Made by a program: the position numbers and the translations under genes | Part shown: piece by piece, positions 27,523 to 40,196 of the stretch | Layout: every line of letters begins with the position of its first letter | Numbering within the stretch: the first letter of the stretch is position 1 | The notes under the pieces: generated by a model | Seen by the model: the letters and a program-made list of their open reading frames with translations, nothing else | Told to the model about the DNA's origin: nothing | Database searches by the model: none | Assembly: GCF_003704095.1 (NCBI RefSeq) | Contig: NW_020845515.1 | Span: forward strand, 248,001 to 312,000 | Source: Pocillopora damicornis | Lineage: Eukaryota | Length of the DNA: 64,000 nucleotides | Direction of reading: 5' to 3'

Positions 27523-29005
27523 TACATTCTCAGACAGTTTAGAAATATTTCCAGTTATAATTTCGCCAACTCTTCAGATCAGTGATCACAAGAACCAGCT
27601 GGGGCCCTCTATTATTGTATGACATGGTTTCGGTCACGAACTGATTTGCTTCTGTAAGTCTGCTCCACGCAATTTTTTTCCTGCGTGGGATCAAAGCGGG
27701 CAAACCCGTGCGGGCAGATGGGCCCATGTTGCCCGCTCATGTAGCCAATCAGAACACAGGATTTTCCCATTTTAAGTAATATGGATACCATCAAACTGCT
27801 TGAAACGCGGTAAAAAAAAATTGTGACCAAGCGCGAATGGTCAAACACGATCATTTAATTCGATAATTGTAAAAGACAAATTAAGCTTTGATATTTTTCG
27901 GTTATGGTAGAAATGAAAAATTTATTTAAACCTACTAAACCTAGTGGACTACTTTTCTAAACAAGAAGAATAAGGCGAAATAAAATGAGCGAAAAACTTC
28001 GAGAAGGTTAAATGCATTAGGAAAATAAAACAGAAGCAAGNNNNNNNNNNNNNNNNNNNNNNNNNNNNNNNNNNNNNNNNNNNNNNNNNNNNNNNNNNNN
28101 NNNNNNNNNNNNNNNNNNNNNNNNNNNNNNNNNNNNNNNNTTTCAGTATATCTCCATACAGGATAGCAAGACCCCTCTGTGTTTTTAACCCTTCCATGCA
28201 TGGATATTTAAAAAGGGACAATTTGAACATTTAAATTATTTTTATCTTGTAGTTTCTCTTTGATACTTTTGGCTTCCGCTCGAAAATAATTCTGTTAAAC
28301 TTGGCGTTACTCGGGATATTTGAACAATACGTGAGAAATACCTGATACCCATTGTTTTTCGTGATACATATTACTTTCATCACGGTTCGAACCATATGCC
28401 GTACTTTATATTATTTCTTATTTTCCAGGCTTAATTCATGACGTTTTTATGACGTTATTCAAATTGTCCAATCAATTTTAAGCTTGTCAAGTAAGAAGTC
28501 ATTTATGATTAAAAGAAAACCGCGTAAACAAAAGGCCGCCAAAGATGAAGTTGGCAGAGCAATTGTAGAACAAAGTAAACATGAGTTATTTTTAAAAATG
28601 AACGAAAAAAAAGGTTTTTTTTTAGTTGAAAATACAGCGGTTTTTTTGTTGTAACCGGTCGAGTTCAGATTCGAAATCAGTTTGTTCCTTAACGAGCCTG
28701 CATGAAACAGTAGCCTCCTTGTGTAGAGAAGAAAAACACGAACTAAGATAGAATCTTATTGTTCTGTATCATCATCGTTTACAAAGAAAATTTCATTAAA
28801 ATTCGTTAAATGCGCATCTGTGTTTGTGTTTCACTGGCCGGGTGTTTTACTGTTAATTCATAATGCGCAATGATTGATGTTACATTTTGCCGACAGTGAA
28901 AACAAGATTGGAAGTGAACCGGTCTCTGTTTGAAGTTGCGTCAAGAGCATGTAAGGAAAAGAAAAACCAATTTTCCCTATTGTAAGGTCTTTAGTCTGAG
29001 GTACA

Positions 29006-32000
29006 ATGCGGTCTGAGACAATTTTAAGACTGCCTTTGTTTTTCAAGGTCATTCTGCTGTTCGTAGTACAAGGTAAGCGGTTAGATTGCCGTTTGAATGA
29101 ATTTTAAAATGATTAGAAATCGCATCTTAATGCTTTCATAGTTTTACTATACAGAGCTGCCTAAGGAAACTGCCTATTTTTGTCAAAGGAAAACGAATTT
29201 TCATATTCCACGTCTCTTTTGCGTAACGTCTCTTATTCCAAGTCTCTTTTCCTAGCATAAGCTTGAATACGTGCAAAATGTTCCTGTGTCTGTTTATTGA
29301 CTTTTCATTAGCGGAGCAGATGAGACAATTCAAAATGCCATCTGGAAAAAAACAATTTATAGAGTTTCACAGCGAGATCAGTACATTTTTATTTATCGGA
29401 ACAATAGATGTGCATTCGTAACTGATTTGGCCACTGTGCTAACGTAGAATTGAAGATTTCTCTTAACGAAGTACTTTATTAAAGGAGAGGCGGTCATTTG
29501 GGCTAATAAACTGATTAAAAATTGAAATTATTTTTGGCTTAGCATCCAGACTCAAAAAGACATTCGAAAAAATACAAAAAGTTCCATTGTTTAGGTTTGA
29601 TTCAATCTTGCAAAAGATACTCGCCACAAAATACGAAAGGATACAAGATTTTTTCAATGAAATCCTTAATGCATATAGGATTTATCTGAGATTAATGTAT
29701 GGTGACTACTCCTTCGTTCACAGGGACGTGCGATAAGGAATTTGCGTTAACAGGTACAACTTTTCTTCAAGCACAGCGCGGAGAGTTGATTACAATTAAA
29801 GGTACGTCGGTTTTTTTTCCCATCAATCTGGCTTGAGAGGGTCATCAGGTTTTCAAGACTTTCAAATCTTTGAATAAGTTTAATTCTAACCTTGTTGATG
29901 CACCTGAGAAGTCTGGGAAACACATGAGAAGGGTTAAAGTTGTCCAAGACGCTGTCGGCTTGTTTAATGCTCTCCAAATTTCCCATGCACTTTCACATTA
30001 GATCTTGATATATTCAGTTAAAAACACAAACTATTTATTAATAACATAGAGGGGACAGTGTGTATACAAAAAAATGCGTTTTGTACGTGCATGACTGCAG
30101 AGTTCTGACGATACAGGCTGAAGAGAGTATAATGACGGAAAAAGGATCCTACTGGCAGGTGAAAACGACGTTAAAAGAGTTTTCACAAGCGAAAAAATGA
30201 TCTTTGGTTTGTGCTAAAATAGCGAAGAATTTTTTTCCTTTAGTAACAAGCTTGAGCTCGCATTTAAACTCGATTGAAACTTTGCAGTCAAAACCTGATA
30301 ATACTAATATTAATTTTCACAGGTTATTACAAATATTGTCTTACACCTTCGTTCTATTGTCCGTCCTGCGTACGACAAGTGTATCTGAATCTCTTCAACA
30401 AAAGCATCTGTCTTGCGTCCTTTGGAAAAGCGCAGCTGGACTGTCAGGAAAAACATTTCTCTCAGCCATTTACTACTCCCAATTCTGGTGGTACCTATGA
30501 AATTAAGGTAATTTTAGCTTAATACAATATGACCCCGCTAACATGTAAGGGAAATAAAAAAAAAAAAAGCAATTGGAGTCGTCAAGAACATCCAGGTTGA
30601 ACTAGGTGATAAATGAGCCTAAAAAGGACCGGCCTCTGCTTTGATTTTGTGGGGCACTGTTGTGGATAATCCAAATCTCTCCATAGACATTAAATTTGTC
30701 GGAAACGAAAATGCCCGCGAGTACTATTGTTCTAAAGGTGATTTCCTTTTTGAATTGTCTGGAGGGGCGACGAGCGGGAAACAGATTCTGCCATTTCTGA
30801 TCTGCAGTTTACCTTACTCCTCGTTAAATTATGATTGGTTGCATTTTATTGGTGATCATGTGGCGTTGAATAGATTTATTTACATCCCACCAGCGATACA
30901 TTTTAAACAAATGTTTCCTCGCGGAATAAATGTTACTGAAAGTGAAAGTGCGTGATCAGCACGTGGCAAAGGCCAGTGGTCAGACGCCCATTTTGCTGGA
31001 CCAAATTTTTTAGCTCGAGACTATTTTATGTATTTTAAATGCCGTCCATCATGATCTAACAGAATATTTATTTTCAGATGGAAGAAATACTGGATTTTAG
31101 CTGTGTGCTAAGCCGAAAATCAAACACCGGCCTATCGCTTGGTACAGTTTTAGTTAAAGGTTGGTTGACGACAGACTTATGAGGAGTTTTGACGGTAACA
31201 TTGCAGTTCATAGTTGTATCCAATTATTTTTCGATGAAAATACTTGTTTGGTGACAGAAAGTCATGTGACAGTGTATTATGGGGTGGTGTGTAAATTGCA
31301 TGAGAACAATGCGGAAAAGATTTAGTTCAAGACGACGACACTCGGAAATGAGATTAAATTATAGGCTATTATCAAGTAACTCATTGCGTCGTGAGGATAA
31401 TTATGAAGCGACGGAAAGGAGAGGTTATGATCTTAAAGGGTTTTGTGCTTTTTTCCCTGAGGAGGGGAATACATGTACTGTAATAATGCTTTTGCAACCC
31501 TTGTAGAAGGAATCCATTGACAAGTTATTGCGACATAAAATTTCATTCGTTTCTCAGAACCACCCACCATCATCAACGTCTCCAGTTTTCTATTTGAAGT
31601 TGTCACAGGAGATTCCTTGACACTTCAATGCTCCGCGCGCGGCTATCCTTCACCAGCAGTCCGCTGGTACAAAGACAATAAACTGGTCCATAATGATACA
31701 AGTCTTGAGCTCTCCTCGATCAAACAGTCCGATGCAGGACTCTATGCTTGTAATGCGTCAAACGTCGCTGGGAGTGACTCTCGTGTTGTGGAGGTCCTGG
31801 TGAGAGGTGGGTGTTCACGAGGATTTTCACATGACTCATACGGCTCCGCGCGCAATTCCATTGAAAAGAATTGAAAAAAGAAAGCATTCCCGTGTAAAAG
31901 CCGGGGGTTATGGTGCATAAAGGGCCCTACCTACAGGCCATAAGTCCCAGCTCAAGGCCTTGCGAGAAGCACGGCGAAAAAAACGGGTGCAAAGAAAGGA

Positions 32001-34698
32001 AGAAGGAGTAAAATTGGCAGCCATAAATTGCTGTTGACCGAGAATTAGGGGAAAAATATCCCAGGAGTTTAAAGTTTAAGGTTTATTTGTAAACTCTTTA
32101 AACCGTGAAACTAAGCATTAATTTTCTTTTTGCAGCAAGGAGACCTACAGTACACCAGACCGTATCAACATACGATGCCAACAATTTGTTTCAAAAGTGA
32201 GTGAGAACTGAACTAATTTTTTGCTCACAGATTACATCGTTTTCCTGCAACCAACAACTTATTAAGTTTTCTTCATCATGAGTTATTAATTTCTGTGCTT
32301 ACATCCTTTTATAGTGATTCAGTAACTTTTACAGTAATTTTATCGCACGACTTGTGGTCGCGTGACACTGCCTTTAATACAATATTGGTTTGGACTCTTC
32401 CTTACTACGCGAGTATGCTGAATCACGTGCCTTTGACAAATGTGTCCAGTCCTTACCCTGGAGAGTATAATTTTAAGGTGAGCCCATGAAAAAAATACGT
32501 AAGGCTCATTTACCTTAGGCTTCATTTCCTGCTGTTCGATTCATAGTTTTGTTGCATGCCAAGGAGGTAACCTCTCAATTGTCCGTTGATTATTAAAAAG
32601 TTCGAAAGCTTAGGGCCAACTGAAAGCGTTTTTGCAAGACAACGTCTTTTCCAGCACGCAGTGTCTTTTAAAAAGCCAATTGACTGAAGTTCTGAGACTT
32701 AAGTCATGACCGTCTCAGTGAGAAGAAGAAAAATCGTTAACTTTCGGCAGATGTTCAATTCAGCTCGGGGCATTTGCCTCACACGTCTGTACTGCATAAG
32801 GAAAGCCTATACAATGCTTATTTAATCAAAGCCAATAGTGGTTTCTTACGGCTAACAGCTTCGCCAATAGTTTTCAGTTATCTTTCTCTAGGTTAATGGT
32901 ATCGTCATGAATTGTTATTCAAGCGAGGCGCGCAGACGCCATAAGACAATCAAATGCAAATGACATTTTTAACTCAATCCTACTTTTGTAATTTTTTATG
33001 TTTGTTAGATTGGAGAAATTCAGCCCGGGTCATCAAAGCAAATTAACATCACGGTCCAAATTGATCCTAAACGTGTGCTTTCTGTTGGAAAATACTTCCT
33101 GTCTGTACCAAGCTTCATTCTGTATGAACAACGCATGGCAAGTAATGCTGCCAAGTTGTTCGTGGGCTCAATAGAGTCCGTAACGCTTAACTTTACAGTG
33201 AGAGAAGGTAATTAAATATGGCGGACAACAAGAGAATTTGGACCTCGATTTAACCTCAAAAATCAATTATTGAAATTTTCAGGGGATGATATGCAAAGCT
33301 AGCTTAAAGATTTCAATTTTGTCAGTAATAGATATGGTAGTAACGAATTCGAATATTTGATAGAAAGTAGTGAGTTGTTAGATTTGTAAAATTATGTTTG
33401 GTAGATCTTAAAGAATATTTTTCTATATCTTGTTAGATGCTCAGAGAGGATTTCTGTTGAATCCATTGTTTGACGAAGTATACCTCTGCCAAGAGAAGAA
33501 AAGGTCATTAAATTATTTGCAAGAGAGCATGATTTCTTGCTTAGTAGTTAAAATTATATGAGATCATCGTAAAATTACAGTTAAAAAGGATAGCGCTCTC
33601 GTACTGCCCCTGGCGGTAGACACGAATAACGACGAGTCAACAATTAACCGCTAAAACAGAGGAATGTTCACCTAAAAAAACATATGCATTGTAAGTGATC
33701 GGCGTTAGTAATCCACTGATTTCGTAATTTTTGCGGTTTGTAATCTTTACTTTATTGTCGTCCTCTTCTATAGTGATTTGAAACCTTCCTGTTACTTTTC
33801 AAATGATGGTGTTCAATGGATTGGTATGTATAAGTAATGCTTTCTCGTTAAAGTTGTCCAATGTATTTTATTTCAATGCCACTATGAAGCAAAGACTGGC
33901 ATCTTTTTACCCATAGGGCTAGATCCGCGAGTGAAAATGATTTTTGGGATGACTGTTCGTGGATCGTACAAAAGGATTTTTGGCTTGGGAACAGATAGTC
34001 GATGTCACGCAGTCAGTAGGGATGGCGTTACTTGGAGTTGCATTTTGCCTGAGAAATGGAAACGGGAATCGTCCTCTAGGGATTTCGTACCTGCTATTTC
34101 AGTTCCTGAAAGGCTCAAGTCTGATCTGCCCGAAAGCAATTACATTGCTACGAAAAATGATGGAACAGTCTCATATGGAGGTAAAGTATGATATTTCATT
34201 GTTATTGTCAATGGCGACTGGGTGTCTTATAGGATAGTGCAATGTAATCGGGATTAAATATCAGATTTCGTATCTTAGGGAAAGTCTTGACTCTAGTGTT
34301 GATTGTCTGCACCAAGGAGTACTTATGGGTTGATATGTCTGGGAAATGTTACAAGTATTTGAGGGTAACTAGCTGCGATGAGCTATGTACAGCATTTTAC
34401 CCCTAGAGAATAGCAACACCCCTTATGACCTCTTTCCTTAGAAATCAGAATATTTTATAGTAGTTGCAGTCTACAAGCTGCTTGAATTTTTCTCTTGTTT
34501 TGTTACTCTCCTTCTATCATTTTATGAAACAGAGTGTTCAAAGCAGGCATGTATCTCTTGCCTTTGCAATCGCTGTATCACTGGCTTTTAGTTTTAGTGT
34601 TATTATTTTTGCCTTTCGTTTCAGCATCAGCGAAAGGTTTACACATGAAGATCAGATCAGGAGTATGGAACTTAGTAGCCTCTTGGGAGTGTCCATAA
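29006..34698 (+). CDS. Secreted ~490-aa protein: signal peptide, Cys-rich segment, one I-set Ig domain, uncharacterised C-terminal region with two Asp-box motifs. Exons 29006-29072, 29724-29753, 30323-30507, 31078-31141, 31558-31806, 32136-32196, 32315-32477, 33009-33207, 33437-33503, 33774-33823, 33917-34180, 34625-34698
   Basis: All junctions are GT-AG and in phase (1473 nt). Leader MRSETILRLPLFFKVILLFVVQG. Ig motif LQCSARGYPSPAVRWYKD...DAGLYACNASN on a phase 1-1 exon. SNDGVQW and SRDGVTW. No TM segment. The 30-bp exon is the least certain. Confidence 0.75.
34270..34445 (+). mobile_element. Degenerate SINE body fragment
   Basis: tcttagggaaag...caccaaggagta...atgggt...gggtaactagctgcgatgagcta resembles the reverse complement of 62350-62510. 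Confidence 0.4.
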
Positions 34699-36802
34699 CA
34701 GTCGTATCGTAGAAACTGTAATGGAAATGAGAAACTTGTTCATGGCCTCTACATAACGTCGTAGGTTTCATATTGTTTCTGCTGACCCTATGTCTGGCAT
34801 TACATGCACACCACTGGAAGTATAAAGTGATCTCCAAGCAAGTCCCTTTTCGCTTTGCGCGGTGAGACAAATTCCTTTTGAATCGGGCACACTTAGCATA
34901 ACTTTGTTAAATCCTGCCACCTAAAATTCTCGCTGGTGCATCACAGTCCAACGATGTTGGACCTATACTGGACCATTGTTAGGGTATAACTTCACCTACG
35001 GAAAAATACGTTGTAAAGGTATCTTATATGGCCATTTATTTATGTAACTTTACTTCATAGGGTAATCGTTACAGCAGAGTGACTTTTAAGCAACACAATC
35101 TATCACGGACTGAGCTAAGCCCACGGCTAAGGGTTCAGTCGCCATTGACAAAAACTTACAGCAATCTCTCTTAGAACCTTTAGGGTGTATAAAACTTTCT
35201 AGGCATACAGAAGTAGCGCTCCATAGCTTCTCCAAACAGTCGGTCTCCGCTCTGCTGATAACAACAAAGTTATGTGGATGACTGATGCCTTAAGTACACT
35301 TACGACGCATTCTATAACAACTAGAATAAAGACAAAACAGACTGTTCCACGGCGTGATGACATGTAAAATACTTTACCAGATTAAATTTGGTCAGAAATT
35401 GAAGCATAAAATAATTTTATCTACGAATTTGACAATAGGAAGTATCTTGCAACTGTCCTGTAAAATCTTTAAAAATAATTCATATTTACAGTACAGTTTG
35501 TCGTGCATATTCATCTGAGACATCCACCAATTTCCTTAAAAACATTATCAATCAAACAAATTGCAAAATCTAATGTAGACAAGCTTTTGACCAGATTGTT
35601 TACTTTGGCAGTTTGACATGAGGTGTCAAACTGTCGATCTTCGGGCCTAGAAATAGCCAGTTCAATTTCGTTCAAACAGTGCTTTTCAAACGAAATAACT
35701 GACTTTGCATTTTCGTTTTTGTCTAAGCGTTGCTTTAAAAAGACTATTATTTTGCCTTTAGAGAGCTTAGAGAGGCTGAAATATACAAATATAAATTTGT
35801 TTGCAACTACAAACTAATTTTCTTTCTTGTTGAATTATGGAATACGCCAATTAAAATGTGCGGTAATTTACTATCAGGAAAAGGAGATCACAATGATCAT
35901 ATTTTTTGCATTAGTGAGGAGAATAAAAAGTAAATTACCTCGACACCAATATAAATGATTACTACTTTTTTATCAATAATTTTCATTGTTGCACCTTTAT
36001 GAGAAAGTATCTGCAAACATGGAACTACGAAAGGGCCCATTTTATATTGGTGAAGTTTTGTCTTGGAAACAAAAAAGTTTTTTGTCAAAACTGCCATTAA
36101 AAATTGCTTATCCGTTCCTATTTTTTGTCCTTTTAAGCCACCTTCCTTTAGTACTTAATATTGCCTCTTCATCTTTAAGTTTTCCATCTTTTTTTATTAA
36201 TGTCCTGTGACTATACCTTTGTTTTTTTACTGAGCACATAAAATTGGTCATTTCAATATTTTTCATTAAGACTAATGAATTATGTGTTGGCTCAGAATAT
36301 TGCTGGTGTACTTATGACAGCTGAAACAATATATTTCCCAAATAATAAAAATTAATTTAAGAATGTGCCACCTTGGCGACTGTAGCGTTTTCGCAAACAA
36401 AATCATATCTAAAGTGTTTAGTGGCCGTAGACCTCATTTATTTTCTGGAGTGGCTGTTGTACTCACCACAAATAAAACTTTTTATCGAAACGTTTACCAT
36501 TGTAAGACTTTTGAGGCCATCTTTTACTAGCTATCAGCACAATCCTCCCACATGATAAGCAATTTATTTGAATTTATTCAAAAATTAACATGACATTAAC
36601 ATCAGAATCGATATTTGCTTTGGTGTTCCATTTGACGCCAAAGTTGATGTGTGCAGTTTTTAAAATTGTTGGTAAGCGATTTTAATTTCAAAGACGACAA
36701 ACCTTTTAAAGACAACATCTACAACTTTGTTCCGAGAATTAATCAAGAAACGCAGATCTGAACGGTAGGAACGAAATATTTCATTTTGACTCTTACATCG
36801 GA

Positions 36803-37840
36803 ATGGAAAACAGCACTAACTCCTCAACTGGAGGCTCTCAGGGAGAAAGCTTTGAGTTCAGACTCACAAAGGCAACAATTTGCATGTTTGTCCTCGTCAC
36901 GTCCTTAATTGAAAACATGTTGGTGCTAGTGATTCTTAAGAAGAACCATCAAAACCGTATGAGAACAGCTAATACCTTTTTCATCGCAAACATGTCAGTG
37001 GCCGACGTTCTGTTCGCTTTACAGAACATACCCCATGCTTATAACAATTATTTACTGAAAGAACAATGGAATCTTCAAGGATGGGTTGGAATTGCATTAT
37101 GCAAGATCGACATGTTCTTTTCTCTTATAACTATAGTTACTGGAAATCTTACTATCTTAGCCATTGCCGTGGATCGAGTGTTTGCAGTGTATGTTCCGCT
37201 CAAGAAGATCATTACCCGAAGAATCTGTTTTATGATCATATTTGTGACATGGTTAATACCCACGCTTTTCGCTTCACCCCTACTGTACTACGGTGACTTA
37301 ATAATTAGAAACGGTGTCACCTCGTGTAATCTCACAGATAGAAGGATTCTGAAAACGTGGTACATGGTTTTGGCGGGAATTTTAGCCACAACTCTCGCCA
37401 CCATCCTGGCGTTGTATACAGCCATTGGTTTCAAGCTTTCGGGTCGAAAATTTCCTGGCAATGCAAGTCAAAAAAATCGCGAGCGCAGATTGAAAAGAAA
37501 TCGCGATATTTTTAAGATGCTCATTACTTTGATTGTCGTGTTTTACATCTGTTCCTTGCCAATTCTGAGTTTACATGTGTCTTTGGTCCTTGGTTTCTAC
37601 GAATTGTTAAAAATAAACCACATCCGGTTTATTGCATTTTTGTTATACTTCTCGAACGGTGCCATTAATCCAATTATTTACCTCATTTTCAATGAGAGCT
37701 TTCGTGATGGGATCAAGGCTGCTCTGTCTCATTGCAAATGCTCTAGGAGTCTTGCTTACTCTGTTGAAACTGAGGCTGCTGCAAGGAAAAAAAGCACAGA
37801 TGATGGAAATGATGGACTGAGATCCTCGACTCAGTTGTAA
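36803..37840 (+). CDS. Intronless rhodopsin-class GPCR 1 (neuropeptide-receptor-like, 345 aa)
   Basis: Seven hydrophobic segments, N-terminal N-glycosylation sites, FIANMSVAD, LCK, AVDRV, TM4 W..P, CSLP, NGAINPIIY, FR in helix 8. Confidence 0.93.
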   Translation: MENSTNSSTGGSQGESFEFRLTKATICMFVLVTSLIENMLVLVILKKNHQNRMRTANTFFIANMSVADVLFALQNIPHAYNNYLLKEQWNLQGWVGIALCKIDMFFSLITIVTGNLTILAIAVDRVFAVYVPLKKIITRRICFMIIFVTWLIPTLFASPLLYYGDLIIRNGVTSCNLTDRRILKTWYMVLAGILATTLATILALYTAIGFKLSGRKFPGNASQKNRERRLKRNRDIFKMLITLIVVFYICSLPILSLHVSLVLGFYELLKINHIRFIAFLLYFSNGAINPIIYLIFNESFRDGIKAALSHCKCSRSLAYSVETEAAARKKSTDDGNDGLRSSTQL

Positions 37841-39083
37841 ATTCAGAAGCAGGGAGCGAGGAATCCTTACTCACGCTGGAACTTCGACGTGTATGAACAA
37901 GAAAACTTCTCTATGAAAACCAATTGAACATCTGAATCGACAAAGAACTTGGCTTGTCATCAACAGCTGTCGACGAGGAGTCACTCTCAGCATTATGATT
38001 ATCAAAATTCACCTTACACTTCTTACCAGATTTTCCGTGAGAATGTCTCCGTTTCCTTATGAAAAATCATCGTAACTTCACACATAAACTGTCAAGAGAA
38101 GTCGTCAAGGGACGTCTTAGCCATTTTAGGTGGGGCCATTACAAAACATTGCCAAATGGACTCCATACTTAACGAGAATTATTCAATCGTTTTTTCGTTT
38201 GCTGCATGTAAATGACCTGTTTATCTACTACAATCTTTAAAATTTTTAAATGTAAGCCAGAAAAGTTTGAATACCAACGACTGATCGAAAATATATGATA
38301 TGGAAGAAAAAAAAATGGCAAACACTGAACTTACTTGAGAAATTTATTACACACCATCTAAATATTTCATCAGGTACGAGTAGTGACAATCCTCCCAGAG
38401 TCGTGGATGTGGTTTATTGCTTAGTAAGACCCGTGATTGTACATGTCAGACTTATCAAGTTGCATCTATTGATAACAGAAGTCGTTTAAAATGTCTACGT
38501 TTTCGTTCTAAAAGGCAGTCACCTGCGATCGAAAACATGATATTGATATCTCCGTACAAATACTAACGACAATAAAAAGTTTTCTGCGGGTGTTATTCTG
38601 GTCTCTTACACTTTATTTGAAAACGGGTCTGGCATTTGCTCGTTAAATAAATTGACATGTCCATGACGGTTTTTTGGTTTAAATTTTCAATTATTTAGTT
38701 TGAGTAGTTTGCTCGGAGAGAGATCGAGAGCTTGGGAGGTAGTGGTGAACATTAGAAAACGTTTTAATGAAATGCGGCCATTACCAATGATGCCAGTTTG
38801 TTTGTTTTAATGTGAGTAACGATTTTGTAATGAAAATATTCATATGCAATGAAAACTGAAATATGATTTGAATTAGGGAGCGACACAAAAAATTATTCCA
38901 ATGTTGCAAAAAGCGAATTTTGTGCAACCAAAAGACAACCAATTGATTCTCGAGATGAAATTAACGTTAATGGCTTTTTTTTTAAAAAGGTCGCTTAAAT
39001 TAGGCATGTACGTGTCCTTTGTTTAAACATCTGAAAGCTGACGCCTATGAGGAGAAGCGTCGTTTAAAATAGTGCAATGCAAA

Positions 39084-40196
39084 ATGATTCTCGGGAACGA
39101 AACAAATTTGAGCGATTGCTCCACTGCATTGTCTGAGCCAAATGAAGATTCACAGATTACAGGGCTTGCAACTGGAAGGTTTTTCCTTGTATCCGCATAT
39201 TACCTTACAGCTTTTCTCTCTCTGGTTGGAAATGCAGTCGTCATCAGGGTATTTAGACGAATTGGGAGCAAGTCGCGAAGAAGAGTCCATCATCTTTTCA
39301 TAATGAACTTGTCCCTAGCCGACTTGTTGTTTTCGATAGAAAATATCCCAATAATCTACACTCACTTGATACTGGACGGAGCATGGCAAATTCGTGGCCG
39401 TTCTGGAAATTATCTCTGCCAGCTTGATGTGTTCTTCTCAGCGCTCTTAATTCTGACCTCGAATCTGACCATTTTAGCTACCGCCGTGGAGAAGTTTTTA
39501 GCGATATTTTTCCCATTGAAGGCATTAATTTCCACGAAACGGGCATATTTTATAATCTTATCTACTTGGCTTGTCAGCGGTATTTATTGTGCACCATTAT
39601 TTTCCTTCGCGTACCTTGAGAAAGACAATGAAGATCCCGATGGAAAGGTAACATGTACTGCCTGCCTCAGCTGCGAAAAAGTTATCCGCTGGTTTATTTT
39701 TCAAACTGTGCTATTAGCAGCCGGGTTTGTCGTCACACTGGCTCTTTATTCTGCCATTCTGATAAAGATATGGCTTCGAAAAGTACCGGGGATTCAACTT
39801 TACGACGTTAAGGGAAAGAAACCAGCCAAGAAACATAAAGCTTTGAAGTTACTGGCGACTTTAGTTTTTGTATTTTACATTTCCTTTATTCCATTTTGGA
39901 TTTATCAGCTTTCTCTTCACTTCAACTTTTACAAAAAACTTGGTTCGTACTACAGCATAATTTCAGCTTTCTTAATGCTTTGTAATGGAGCAATAAATCC
40001 TGTGATCTACTCTACATTTAACTCTGATATTCGCCGTGAATTTAAAGTTTTATTTACATGCAAATCGCCCAGTTCAGCGATCACACTGCAATCGTATAGC
40101 AACAGGAGGCAACTCAATGGAAAAAAGCAGTTTAGTACCGAAAGGAACGCGCCCTGTGTTAACAATGATACCCTATATGAAGACTCGCGCTTATAA
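39084..40196 (+). CDS. Intronless rhodopsin-class GPCR 2 (370 aa from ATG 39084)
   Basis: GN in TM1, NLSLAD, LCQ, AVEKF at the DRY position, FIP in TM6, NGAINPVIY. Confidence 0.93.
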   Translation: MILGNETNLSDCSTALSEPNEDSQITGLATGRFFLVSAYYLTAFLSLVGNAVVIRVFRRIGSKSRRRVHHLFIMNLSLADLLFSIENIPIIYTHLILDGAWQIRGRSGNYLCQLDVFFSALLILTSNLTILATAVEKFLAIFFPLKALISTKRAYFIILSTWLVSGIYCAPLFSFAYLEKDNEDPDGKVTCTACLSCEKVIRWFIFQTVLLAAGFVVTLALYSAILIKIWLRKVPGIQLYDVKGKKPAKKHKALKLLATLVFVFYISFIPFWIYQLSLHFNFYKKLGSYYSIISAFLMLCNGAINPVIYSTFNSDIRREFKVLFTCKSPSSAITLQSYSNRRQLNGKKQFSTERNAPCVNNDTLYEDSRL

